From positions 1,088 to 65,087 of the forward strand of contig CALXFP010000001.1 of NCBI GenBank assembly GCA_944387615.1: DNA of 64,000 nucleotides. The letters are read 5' to 3'. Positions 19,868 to 28,322 of this stretch are shown in pieces. The notes under the pieces are model-generated. The model saw only the letters and a list, made by a program, of their open reading frames with translations. It had not been told where the DNA came from and did not search any database. Source of the stretch: an uncultured Oscillospiraceae bacterium. GTDB lineage: Bacteria; Bacillota; Clostridia; Oscillospirales; Oscillospiraceae. The position numbers and the translations under genes are program-made. Every line of letters begins with the position of its first letter. The first letter of the stretch is position 1.

Positions 19868-20776
19868 ATGACTTGGTTTTGGTTTTCCATTATCACCCTG
19901 CTGTGCTGGTCCGGGTCGGACTTTTTCTCCAAAATCGGCTGCCGGGATGCCAGGGACAAATACAGCCAGTTTAAGATGGTAATGGCTGTGGGCCTGGTGA
20001 TGGGCCTGCATGCAGCGTACATGGTTTTTGTCAACGGTGTGGAGATTTCCTGGAGTGTGATTCTGACCTATCTGCCTGTGAGCCTGCTGTATATCGGCTC
20101 CATGACATTGGGCTATGTGGGACTTCGCTACATTGAACTGTCCATCTCTTCTCCCATCTGTAACGCTTCCGGCGCTCTGGTTGCCATCATTGCCATTGTC
20201 AGCGGCACGGCGGAGCCCATGGAGGCGCTCCAGTACCTGGCAATCGTCCTGGCCTGCGCCGGTGTCATCGGCCTGGGCTTTGTGGAGGCAAACGAGGATG
20301 AAACCCTCCGGGCAGCCCGTCAGGAAGCATCCAATTATAAGTATGCCAAATCCTGGCTGGCCCTGGCTTTGCCCATTGCCTACTGCCTGCTGGATGCTGC
20401 CGGTACCTTTGCCGACGATCTGGTTCTGGAAACCATGAATGAGGATTCTGCCAATGTAGCCTACGAGCTGACTTTCCTGATTGCCGGTATTGTTTGCTTT
20501 GTTTACACGGTCATCATCAAGAAGCAGAAGCTGGTTCCCAAAATGGAACTGCCCAAATATGTGGGCGCCGGATTTGAAACCGCCGGTCAGCTGACTTACA
20601 TCTACGCCCTGGCCAGTGGCGAGTCCGCACTGGCAGCGCCCATTATTTCCTCCTACTGCATGGCCTCCGTCCTGTGGAGCCGCCTGTTCCTGAAGGAAAA
20701 GCTGAGCTGGAAGCACTATCTGTGCATCGCCATTACTTTTGCTGGTATTCTGATTATGGGCATCTACGATATGTAA
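19868..20776 (+). CDS. EamA/DMT-family transporter
   Basis: About 10 TMs in two repeats, ending LFLKEKLS. Confidence 0.8.
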   Translation: MTWFWFSIITLLCWSGSDFFSKIGCRDARDKYSQFKMVMAVGLVMGLHAAYMVFVNGVEISWSVILTYLPVSLLYIGSMTLGYVGLRYIELSISSPICNASGALVAIIAIVSGTAEPMEALQYLAIVLACAGVIGLGFVEANEDETLRAARQEASNYKYAKSWLALALPIAYCLLDAAGTFADDLVLETMNEDSANVAYELTFLIAGIVCFVYTVIIKKQKLVPKMELPKYVGAGFETAGQLTYIYALASGESALAAPIISSYCMASVLWSRLFLKEKLSWKHYLCIAITFAGILIMGIYDM

Positions 20777-20782
20777 ATAAGG

Positions 20783-20812
20783 AAAGCGGCAGCGAATTTT
20801 CGCTGCCGCTTT
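20783..20812. terminator. Bidirectional terminator
   Basis: aaagcggcagcga-attt-tcgctgccgcttt. Confidence 0.75.
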
Positions 20813-20816
20813 GAAA

Positions 20817-20857
20817 CTGTGGGAAAACCCCTGCGGGCTTTTCTGACCAACTTTTGC
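20817..20857 (+). repeat. Fragment of the MITE-like repeat also found at 30629-30669
   Basis: 36/41 identity to the reverse complement of 30629-30669. Confidence 0.7.
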
Positions 20858-20859
20858 GG

Positions 20860-21942
20860 TTAGGAAGAAAATTTTTGCTTTCCTGTAACAATCAAAGCCA
20901 AAACAATACCCAGAACGCCGCCCAGCAGTTTGGCAAGCAGCAGCGCCGGAATCATCTCCGGTTCTTCTGCTACGGCAAAGCCCAGATGTGCTGCAAAGGT
21001 GGAAGCGCCGCAGACCAGAAACGCCCCGATCACCACCTTACCCCGGTTATCCATACGGGGAATCATGGCAAGGGCAGGAACCACACTGACCACGCCTACG
21101 AGCAGTCCGGTGGTGCTGGCGGCATTGAGCCCGGTGTGCCTGCCAATCCAGGCAAAGGGAACCTTCAGCACCTGCTGAATCAGCTCCGCCAGGGGCATAC
21201 TGCCCAGCATGGCGATGGCAATGGAGCAGACCACTTCCATGGCTTCTGACAAAGGAGTGAGGCTTTTCAGCAGGGAAGTGCCGGTCAGATGCTGAACAGC
21301 GCCAAGGGTCAGCCCCAGAATGGCTGCTTTCTGAATCCACTTTGCCAACACCTGAAATCCATGAGCGGTTTTTTGCGGGCATCGGAGCAATCCCCAAAAC
21401 AGCGGCAGACACAGTGCGGCAATGGGTAATATGCTGATAAGTGCAGTGGAAACGGGAAGTCCGCAAGCAATGCCCCCAATCAGCAGCGGCGCAGGCATCA
21501 CCGCCAGACCCAGCAGAATCCCTTTGATGAACCAGGGCTGATCTTCCGGGCGCATGGTTCCCAATCCCACAGGAATGGTGAAAATAATGGTGCAGCCAAA
21601 GATTGCTGCAACCAGAATCCCGGAAAACCGTCCGATTTGCGCATTATCCGCCAAATCCATCGCCAGGGGATAACCGCCCATGTCAATGGGAAGAATCCCA
21701 CCGAACAAACCGGGGTCCAGCCCCAGCATCCGAAAACAAGGGACGATGATTCCTGACAGACCGGAGGAAATCAGCGGGGCCAGACAGATGATGCCTGCCA
21801 TGGACAGGGCAATGGGCCCAAGAAGCTGAAAAGCTTCTTCAAACCGTTTACCCAATCCGAACCGATTTCCCAAAAGATGATCCCCGCCGCCAATTAAGGC
21901 GCCGAAAGCCATGGCCCAGAGAAGAATGGATTGCAGGGTCAT
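20860..21942 (-). CDS. eutH: EutH-family ethanolamine permease
   Basis: LGNRFGLGKRFEE, ALSMAGI, DMGGYPLA, FTIPVGLG, HLGF. Confidence 0.8.
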   Translation of the reverse strand: MTLQSILLWAMAFGALIGGGDHLLGNRFGLGKRFEEAFQLLGPIALSMAGIICLAPLISSGLSGIIVPCFRMLGLDPGLFGGILPIDMGGYPLAMDLADNAQIGRFSGILVAAIFGCTIIFTIPVGLGTMRPEDQPWFIKGILLGLAVMPAPLLIGGIACGLPVSTALISILPIAALCLPLFWGLLRCPQKTAHGFQVLAKWIQKAAILGLTLGAVQHLTGTSLLKSLTPLSEAMEVVCSIAIAMLGSMPLAELIQQVLKVPFAWIGRHTGLNAASTTGLLVGVVSVVPALAMIPRMDNRGKVVIGAFLVCGASTFAAHLGFAVAEEPEMIPALLLAKLLGGVLGIVLALIVTGKQKFSS

Positions 21943-22020
21943 ACTGTCACCTGCCCTTTCTGCAAACGATAAAAGAAAAACCCGAACTTATCCAGAAGGA
22001 AAAGTTCGGATTTCAAAGAC

Positions 22021-22096
22021 TGGTGGACGATAACGGACTCGAACCGCTGACCCTGCGCACGTCAAGCGCATGCTCTACCAGCTGAGCTAATCGTCC
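22021..22096 (-). tRNA. tRNA-Val(GAC)
   Basis: GGACGAT acceptor stem, anticodon loop TTGACGT, GGTTCGAGT, encoded CCA; promoter TTGACA-17-TATAAT at 22130-22158. Confidence 0.95.
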
Positions 22097-22185
22097 ATAA
22101 TTCGATGCCGTCGCTCAAGCACATGATGCATTATACACGATAGGTCAGGGTTTGTCAAGCACAATTTTTCCAATTTCCGATGTTT

Positions 22186-22545
22186 TTATCCAACAGCCGC
22201 ATCCAGCTCCTGCTGACCGGTGAATTGAATGACCAGCTGGTTGGGAAGGCATACAATCGGCGTTCCGCCGCTGCAAAATCCCCGCTGCATGCAGTGATGA
22301 TCGGGACAGTTGGCGCTGGTTACCGCAATCCGGCCGCCGGATACGGTGACCTCATTCTGCCCGCCCTGGGGTGTTTCCACCGTAAAGGTTTGATCCATAT
22401 GCAGGTTCACGGTTTTGATCAGGGTGCCCTGAGAGCGGATTTCGGCAAAATCGGCGCTTTCGCCCGGGGAGAGAACCCAAATGCTCAAGAGCCCGCACAC
22501 CAATAAAATCACGGACAACAGGGCAATCCAATACTTTGTTTTCAC
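22186..22545 (-). CDS. NusG domain II-containing exported protein
   Basis: GTG start with GGAGG, N-terminal TM, ANCPDHHC...IVCLPNQLVI. Confidence 0.8.
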   Translation of the reverse strand: MKTKYWIALLSVILLVCGLLSIWVLSPGESADFAEIRSQGTLIKTVNLHMDQTFTVETPQGGQNEVTVSGGRIAVTSANCPDHHCMQRGFCSGGTPIVCLPNQLVIQFTGQQELDAAVG

Positions 22546-22657
22546 GAACAATCCTCCTACGCCGGCATTTCTCGCATACATCTGCCCATTGCGGGAGGAT
22601 GCCCAACAAGTATAGCAAAAAACCATGGAAAACGCAAGAAAAAGTACGAAAAACTCC

Positions 22658-22686
22658 TTGACTTTTTCTTCCTCAAATGCTAGAAT
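22658..22686 (+). promoter_or_regulatory. sigma-A promoter of the rplU operon
   Basis: TTGACT-17-TAGAAT with extended TG. Confidence 0.75.
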
Positions 22687-22689
22687 AGA

Positions 22690-22760
22690 CGAGCCGCATT
22701 GAAGGGGCTTAAGTTGGTGCGCCAAAACACCACGCCTCAAAAGCGAGACTACACAATATA
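22690..22760 (+). ncRNA. Probable L21 leader
   Basis: Position between promoter and rplU; gccgca...ggtg...cacc...gcgag layout. Not verified with a covariance model. Confidence 0.45.
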
Positions 22761-22775
22761 AAGTAGGTGAAACAA

Positions 22776-23087
22776 ATGAAAGCAGTTATCGTTACCGGAG
22801 GCAAGCAGTACACCGTGGCTGAGGGCGATGTCCTGTACATCGAGAAGCTGAACGCTGAGGCCGAATCCACCGTGAAGTTCGATCAGGTTCTGGCTGTCCT
22901 GGACGGTGAGAACACCAAGATCGGCGCTCCTGTCGTGGCTGGTGCCGCCGTGGAAGCCAAGGTTGTCAAGAATGGCAAGGGCAAGAAGATCGACATCATC
23001 CGCTACAAGGCTAAGAAGAACGAGAAGAAGCACATCGGTCATCGTCAGCCTTACACCAAGGTGGAGATCACCAAGATCGCTCTGTAA
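22776..23087 (+). CDS. rplU: 50S ribosomal protein L21
   Basis: TGGKQY...GHRQPYT. Confidence 0.97.
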   Translation: MKAVIVTGGKQYTVAEGDVLYIEKLNAEAESTVKFDQVLAVLDGENTKIGAPVVAGAAVEAKVVKNGKGKKIDIIRYKAKKNEKKHIGHRQPYTKVEITKIAL

Positions 23088-23090
23088 TTT

Positions 23091-23414
23091 ATGACAAGAT
23101 GCGAATTTTTTACCGAGAACGACCGGATTACCGGATTTTCCGTCTCGGGTCACAGCGGCTACGCCGAAGCAGGCAGTGATATTGTCTGCGCCGCCGTTTC
23201 TGCCGCAGTTGCCATGGCCGAAGCCACCATCAATGATGTGTGCGGCGCAAAGGCCAAGGTTCGGGTCAAGGACGAGCAGGCTCGTATTACCCTGACCCTC
23301 CCCGTTTCCTGCGATGAAGAGGACAGCGTCCAGGCAGTTCTTGCCGGCATGATGCTGTATCTGTGCAGCCTGCGGGATGAATATCCTGATTATATCGAAG
23401 TTTTGGAGGTGTAA
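23091..23414 (+). CDS. prp: Ribosomal-processing cysteine protease Prp
   Basis: GHSGY...DIVCAAVS; lies between rplU and rpmA. Confidence 0.92.
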   Translation: MTRCEFFTENDRITGFSVSGHSGYAEAGSDIVCAAVSAAVAMAEATINDVCGAKAKVRVKDEQARITLTLPVSCDEEDSVQAVLAGMMLYLCSLRDEYPDYIEVLEV

Positions 23415-23418
23415 CATC

Positions 23419-23700
23419 ATGCTGAAGATTGGTATTCAGTTCTTCGCTCACCACAAGGGCGGCGGTTCCACCAAGAACGGCCGTGACTCCGAGTCCAAGC
23501 GGCTGGGCGTCAAGCGTGCTGACGGTCAGTTTGTTCTGGCTGGCAACATTCTGGTTCGCCAGAGAGGCACCCACATCCATCCCGGTGTCAATGTTGGCAT
23601 CGGCAAGGATGACACCCTGTTCGCTCTGGTTGACGGTACCGTCAAGTTCGAGCGCAAGGGCAAGGATCGCCGTCAGTGCTCCGTTTACGCTGAGCAGTAA
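23419..23700 (+). CDS. rpmA: 50S ribosomal protein L27 with Prp-cleaved N-terminal extension
   Basis: [19 protein letters not shown]. Confidence 0.97.
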   Translation: MLKIGIQFFAHHKGGGSTKNGRDSESKRLGVKRADGQFVLAGNILVRQRGTHIHPGVNVGIGKDDTLFALVDGTVKFERKGKDRRQCSVYAEQ

Positions 23701-23715
23701 TCGCGCATAAAGCCT

Positions 23716-23750
23716 AAAAGCTGCCGCACACTACCTGCGGCAGCTTTTTT
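23716..23750 (+). terminator. Intrinsic terminator
   Basis: aaaagctgccgca...tgcggcagctttttt. Confidence 0.75.
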
Positions 23751-23834
23751 CGTGTGCAGTGCAGAGCGCTGGGACAGCCCAGCACCGTGCAGTGAGCATG
23801 TAGGAAACCCTGTTCTTTTCAAGGAGGTATATTC

Positions 23835-25109
23835 GTGTTTGTAGATAAAGTGCGCATCACGGTCATTGGCGGCCGTGGCGGTGACGGCGCCGTAGCCTTT
23901 CACCGGGAAAAATATGTGGCCTCCGGCGGCCCCGACGGCGGCGACGGCGGTCATGGCGGCAGTGTGATTCTGCGGGTAAACGACAATCTGTCCACGTTGC
24001 TGGATTTCCGGTATAAACGCAAGTATGCTGCTCAGGCCGGTGTCAACGGTCTGGGACGGAAGATGGCCGGCAAGCGGGGAGAAAATCTCATTATCGAGGT
24101 TCCCAGAGGTACGGTGGTTCGGGATGCCGAAACCAACCAGATTATTGTGGATATGTCCACAGGCGAAGATTTCGTCATTGCCCGGGGCGGCCGGGGCGGC
24201 TGGGGCAATGCCCACTATGCCACGCCCACTCGTCAGGTTCCCCGGTTTGCCAAGGCCGGACTGAAGGGCCAGGAGCGGGATATCATTCTGGAGCTGAAGC
24301 TGCTGGCAGATGTGGGCCTGGTGGGTTTCCCCAACGTGGGCAAATCCACTCTGCTGAGTGTTACTTCCAATGCCAGACCCAAAATCGCCAACTATCATTT
24401 TACCACCCTGTTTCCCAACCTGGGCGTGATCTATGTGGATGAAGGCGTATCCTTTGTCATGGCGGATATCCCCGGTATTATCGAAGGCGCTGCGGAAGGC
24501 GCCGGACTGGGACATGATTTCCTGCGCCACATTGACCGCTGCCGTCTGCTGGTGCATGTGGTGGATGTGTCCGGCAGTGAAGGACGGGACCCGGTGGAGG
24601 ATTTCCACGCCATCTGCCAGGAACTGGGCAATTACAGCGTGGATCTGAGCAATCGTCCCATGATTGTGGCTGCCAATAAGGTAGACCTGCTGCCCCCGAA
24701 TTCGGACAACCTGGAGCGGCTGCGCGCAGCCGTGGAAGCAGCCGGCTGCGAGATGTACGAAATCAGCGCCGGTACCACCCAGGGCACCCGGAACCTGATG
24801 CGGGTGGTGGCGGAGAAGCTGCGCACCCTGCCCCCTGTGACCATTTACGAACCGGAGTATGTGGAGGTCATCGAGCCGCCCAAAGACCCCAGCGCTTTCG
24901 AAGTGGAGAATTACGGCAGCACCTGGCTGGTTACCGGTACCTGGCTGGAGCGGTTGGTGCAGAATATCAATTTCGACGACTATGAGTCGAGAAATTATTT
25001 TGACCAGCAGCTGAGAAAGTGCGGCCTGTTCACCCGCCTGGAGGAAATGGGCATTCAGGACGGGGATACTGTGGATATTTACGATATCGAATTTGAATAC
25101 CAGCGATGA
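23835..25109 (+). CDS. obgE: GTPase ObgE
   Basis: Gly-rich Obg domain, GFPNVGKS, FTTL, DIPG, NKVD. Confidence 0.97.
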   Translation: MFVDKVRITVIGGRGGDGAVAFHREKYVASGGPDGGDGGHGGSVILRVNDNLSTLLDFRYKRKYAAQAGVNGLGRKMAGKRGENLIIEVPRGTVVRDAETNQIIVDMSTGEDFVIARGGRGGWGNAHYATPTRQVPRFAKAGLKGQERDIILELKLLADVGLVGFPNVGKSTLLSVTSNARPKIANYHFTTLFPNLGVIYVDEGVSFVMADIPGIIEGAAEGAGLGHDFLRHIDRCRLLVHVVDVSGSEGRDPVEDFHAICQELGNYSVDLSNRPMIVAANKVDLLPPNSDNLERLRAAVEAAGCEMYEISAGTTQGTRNLMRVVAEKLRTLPPVTIYEPEYVEVIEPPKDPSAFEVENYGSTWLVTGTWLERLVQNINFDDYESRNYFDQQLRKCGLFTRLEEMGIQDGDTVDIYDIEFEYQR

Positions 25110-25140
25110 AAAGGTTTTTTACTTTTTGTCTATAAAGTAT

Positions 25141-25200
25141 TTGCCATTTTCGATTTTTTCCGTTATAATAACATACGTCACCAATGTGACGTATGTTATT
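25141..25200 (+). promoter_or_regulatory. sigma-A promoter overlapped by a 15-bp inverted repeat (putative operator)
   Basis: TTGCCA-17-TATAAT; AATAACATACGTCAC-caat-GTGACGTATGTTATT at 25167-25200. Confidence 0.7.
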
Positions 25201-25219
25201 TTTTTCTGGGGGAAGTGCC

Positions 25220-26371
25220 ATGATCCGGAATTTGAATCAAGTAACCTTTCAGGGCTTTGGAACGGTACCGCCGGAGCGCAGCCAAGGCAATAAAAACTTT
25301 GACAAGGCCAGCGCCACACTTTGGAACTTATCCCAGTCAGAACCTACGATTTATCAGGCCCAAGGGGAAACCTGGCTCATGGGCAACAGCGGCATGAGCG
25401 TGCTGTCTGTGGGTGCTTCCTCCGACAGTTTTCAGCATTATTATCTGGATAAGCCCGTGTGCATCAAAGATGGTGTCCTGTTCAGTCTCAGCCCCTTTAT
25501 GGGAGAGGCCTCGGTGCTGATGCTTGCGCCCAATGCCCCGGAGCCGGTGGGCAAGCGGGCCTCCGATACCCTGCGGGTGGATCATCAGCTGCGGGTGGAA
25601 TGTATCTACACCTTTTTCTATCAGGAGAAGGAGCAGGGTTTCCTCTTCTCCGGAGAATCCCATCCCATGGCGGAGCTGACCTATGTGGATCAGGGAGCGC
25701 TGCATTCCGTGGCTGACGGACAGGATCTGCTGCTGAAGCAGGGAGACCTGGTGATTTACGGCCCCAATCAGTGGCATATGCAGTATGCCGATATCGGTGT
25801 GGCACCCCGGTATGTAACGCTTTCCTTTGACTTGACCGGCGGGGACATATCTGCCTTGCTGAATCGGAAATTCACTGCCCCCCAGCATGTGGTTCTGCTG
25901 CTGCAGCGGATGCTTCAGGAGCAGGAGCGGATGGATGCTTACTCCAATGATATCATTTTGTCCCAGCTGAATTTGCTGCTGCTTCTGCTGCTGCGGGAGT
26001 CCGCCGCACCCCGGGCTGGGAAATTGCAGACGGTCAATGCGGTTCACTCGGAAAATGAGATTATCCGTCAGGCCCAGCAGTATATCAGCACCCACATCCG
26101 GGAAAAATTGTCAGTGCCGCTGGTGGCCAGGCAGGTGGACGTCAGCCCCAGCTATCTGACGGCGCTGTTCCATAAGAATCTGCAAATTTCCCCCGGTGAG
26201 TATATCCGCCGGATCAAGCTGCAGGAGAGCAAGCAGATGATCCGGGAGAACAACCTGAACTTTACGGAAATTGCGGCGCTGCTGCAATATTCCACGGTTC
26301 ACCACTTTTCCCGGCAGTTCAAAGAGAAGTTCGGCATCACCCCTACGGAGTATGCAAAGTCAGTGCGATAA
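25220..26371 (+). CDS. AraC-family regulator with extended N-terminus
   Basis: Cupin motifs (GESH...ELTYV...WH) and C-terminal double HTH (FSRQFKEKFGITPTEY). Confidence 0.9.
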   Translation: MIRNLNQVTFQGFGTVPPERSQGNKNFDKASATLWNLSQSEPTIYQAQGETWLMGNSGMSVLSVGASSDSFQHYYLDKPVCIKDGVLFSLSPFMGEASVLMLAPNAPEPVGKRASDTLRVDHQLRVECIYTFFYQEKEQGFLFSGESHPMAELTYVDQGALHSVADGQDLLLKQGDLVIYGPNQWHMQYADIGVAPRYVTLSFDLTGGDISALLNRKFTAPQHVVLLLQRMLQEQERMDAYSNDIILSQLNLLLLLLLRESAAPRAGKLQTVNAVHSENEIIRQAQQYISTHIREKLSVPLVARQVDVSPSYLTALFHKNLQISPGEYIRRIKLQESKQMIRENNLNFTEIAALLQYSTVHHFSRQFKEKFGITPTEYAKSVR

Positions 26372-26487
26372 TGTTTGGCTCCCGGGCAGCATTTCCCGGG
26401 AGCCGCTTTTTTTAAGAAACGTGGATAGCCCTTGCGAAAGAGAATATTGTGTTATATAATTGATAAAAATGTCTGCGGAGGCAAAAA

Positions 26488-27264
26488 ATGGAAATGAAAG
26501 TTCTGGCTGTTGGCGATGTGGTAGGCGGACCGGGCATGGAGCGGGTGCGCCGGAATCTGCGCCAGCTCAAACGCAGGCTTCATGCGGATTTTGTGGTGGT
26601 CAATGGAGAAAATGCCGCCGTGGTGGGAATAACGCCGGATCAGGCGGAGGATATTCTGGATGCGGGAGCCGACGTGATTACCATGGGCAACCACACCTGG
26701 AGCAAACGAGATATCGTTGCTTATATGGACGAATCCAGCCGGATTCTGCGGCCCGCCAATTTTGCACCCCAGGTTCCCGGCAGGGGTTGGGGAATCTATG
26801 AAACCAACGCTGGCCCCGTGGCGGTGATTGACCTGATCGGGCGCTGCGGTATGGACTACGGCCCGGACAATCCCTTCCTGCTGGTGGAACGGATTCTCAA
26901 GGAAATCCCCTGCAAAATGATTCTGGTAGAGCTTCATGCAGAAGCCACCTCGGAAAAGCTGGCCATGGGATACCTGCTGGACGGACGGGTCAGTGCCCTT
27001 TGGGGCACCCACACCCATGTGCCCACAGCGGATGTGCGGATTCTGCCCAAGGGCACCGGATATGTGACGGACCTGGGCATGACCGGGCCCCGGGACTCGG
27101 TTCTGGGGATTCGGCCGGATTTGTCCATTGCCAAATTCCGGGGGGATCTGCCGGAACGCTACCGCTGGGCAGAGGGCCCTACCAAAATGGAAGCGGTGCT
27201 TTTTACCATTGACAGCGAAACAGGAACATGCCGCAAGGCGGAAAGGGTAGACGAATGGGACTGA
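26488..27264 (+). CDS. ymdB: YmdB-family metallophosphoesterase
   Basis: GDVVG, NGEN, GNH, HAEATSEK, GTHTHV, TDLGMTG. Confidence 0.92.
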   Translation: MEMKVLAVGDVVGGPGMERVRRNLRQLKRRLHADFVVVNGENAAVVGITPDQAEDILDAGADVITMGNHTWSKRDIVAYMDESSRILRPANFAPQVPGRGWGIYETNAGPVAVIDLIGRCGMDYGPDNPFLLVERILKEIPCKMILVELHAEATSEKLAMGYLLDGRVSALWGTHTHVPTADVRILPKGTGYVTDLGMTGPRDSVLGIRPDLSIAKFRGDLPERYRWAEGPTKMEAVLFTIDSETGTCRKAERVDEWD

Positions 27265-28322
27265 AGATTTTACACAGTGCAGACTGGCACTTGGATTCTC
27301 CCTTTGCTGGCTTTTCGGAGCAGCAGCGGGAACTTTTGAAGCAAGAGCAGCGGAAGATTCCCGGAAAAATTGCGGACCTGTGCCGCCGGGAACACTGTGA
27401 TCTGGTGCTGCTGGCAGGCGACCTGCTTGACGGTCAACCTACCCGGGATACGGTGGAACTGGTGAAAAAGGCGCTGCAGCAGTGCGGCGTTCCCGTGATG
27501 ATCGCACCGGGCAACCATGATTTCTGCGCACCCGGAAGCCCCTGGATTACGGAGAACTGGCCTTCCAATGTGCATATTTTCACCGGTGCTATGGACAGCG
27601 TGGCATTGCCGGAGCTGGATTGCCGGGTATACGGCGCAGGTTTCCAGAGCGTGGATTGCTCCGGACTGCTGGAAAACTTCCACGCCGAGGGAAAAGAAAA
27701 GTATCTTCTGGGCGTGATGCACGGCGACCCCACTCAGAATACCTCGGTGTACAACCCCATAACTGCATCCCAGGTGAAAAAGTCCGGGCTACAGTATCTG
27801 GCGCTGGGACATATTCATAAAGCGGGTGCCTTCCGCAGCGGAAACAGCATCTGTGCCTGGCCGGGCTGTCCCATGGGACGAGGCTGGGACGAGACCGGAG
27901 AAAAAGGCGTGTGCATTGTCAAGCTGGAGGCCGAGCCGGATATCCAGGCGGTGAGCTTGGACACGGTGCGTTTTTACCAGCTGCAGACGGACATTGGCGC
28001 AGACGCTCTGGCGGCGTTGGAAGCGGTGCTTCCCGGCGCCGGTAGTCAGGACTTTTTCCGCATTACCCTGACAGGCTGCGGTGAGGTGGATTTGTCCAAA
28101 ATCCGTCAGGCCCTTTGCGCTGCATACCCCAATCTGGAACTGCTGGACCAGACCGAACCGCCTTTGGATGTGTGGGCAGATGCCGGGGAAGATACCTTGG
28201 AAGGGGTTTACTTCCATATGCTGCGCAGTGCCAAGGAGCTGAATCCGGAGCATGCCAAGGAAATTCAGCTGGCGGCGGAAATTTCCCGGAAGCTGCTGAA
28301 TGGGCGGGAGGTTACCTTATGA
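27255..28322 (+). CDS. SbcD/Mre11-like (YhaO-type) nuclease
   Basis: ADWHL, AGDL, PGNHD, ALGHIH. Confidence 0.9.
   Translation: MGLKILHSADWHLDSPFAGFSEQQRELLKQEQRKIPGKIADLCRREHCDLVLLAGDLLDGQPTRDTVELVKKALQQCGVPVMIAPGNHDFCAPGSPWITENWPSNVHIFTGAMDSVALPELDCRVYGAGFQSVDCSGLLENFHAEGKEKYLLGVMHGDPTQNTSVYNPITASQVKKSGLQYLALGHIHKAGAFRSGNSICAWPGCPMGRGWDETGEKGVCIVKLEAEPDIQAVSLDTVRFYQLQTDIGADALAALEAVLPGAGSQDFFRITLTGCGEVDLSKIRQALCAAYPNLELLDQTEPPLDVWADAGEDTLEGVYFHMLRSAKELNPEHAKEIQLAAEISRKLLNGREVTL

Noticed and set aside
23755-23805. Structured RNA upstream of obgE
   Set aside because: Only a short GC hairpin with no recognisable motif; not enough to call.
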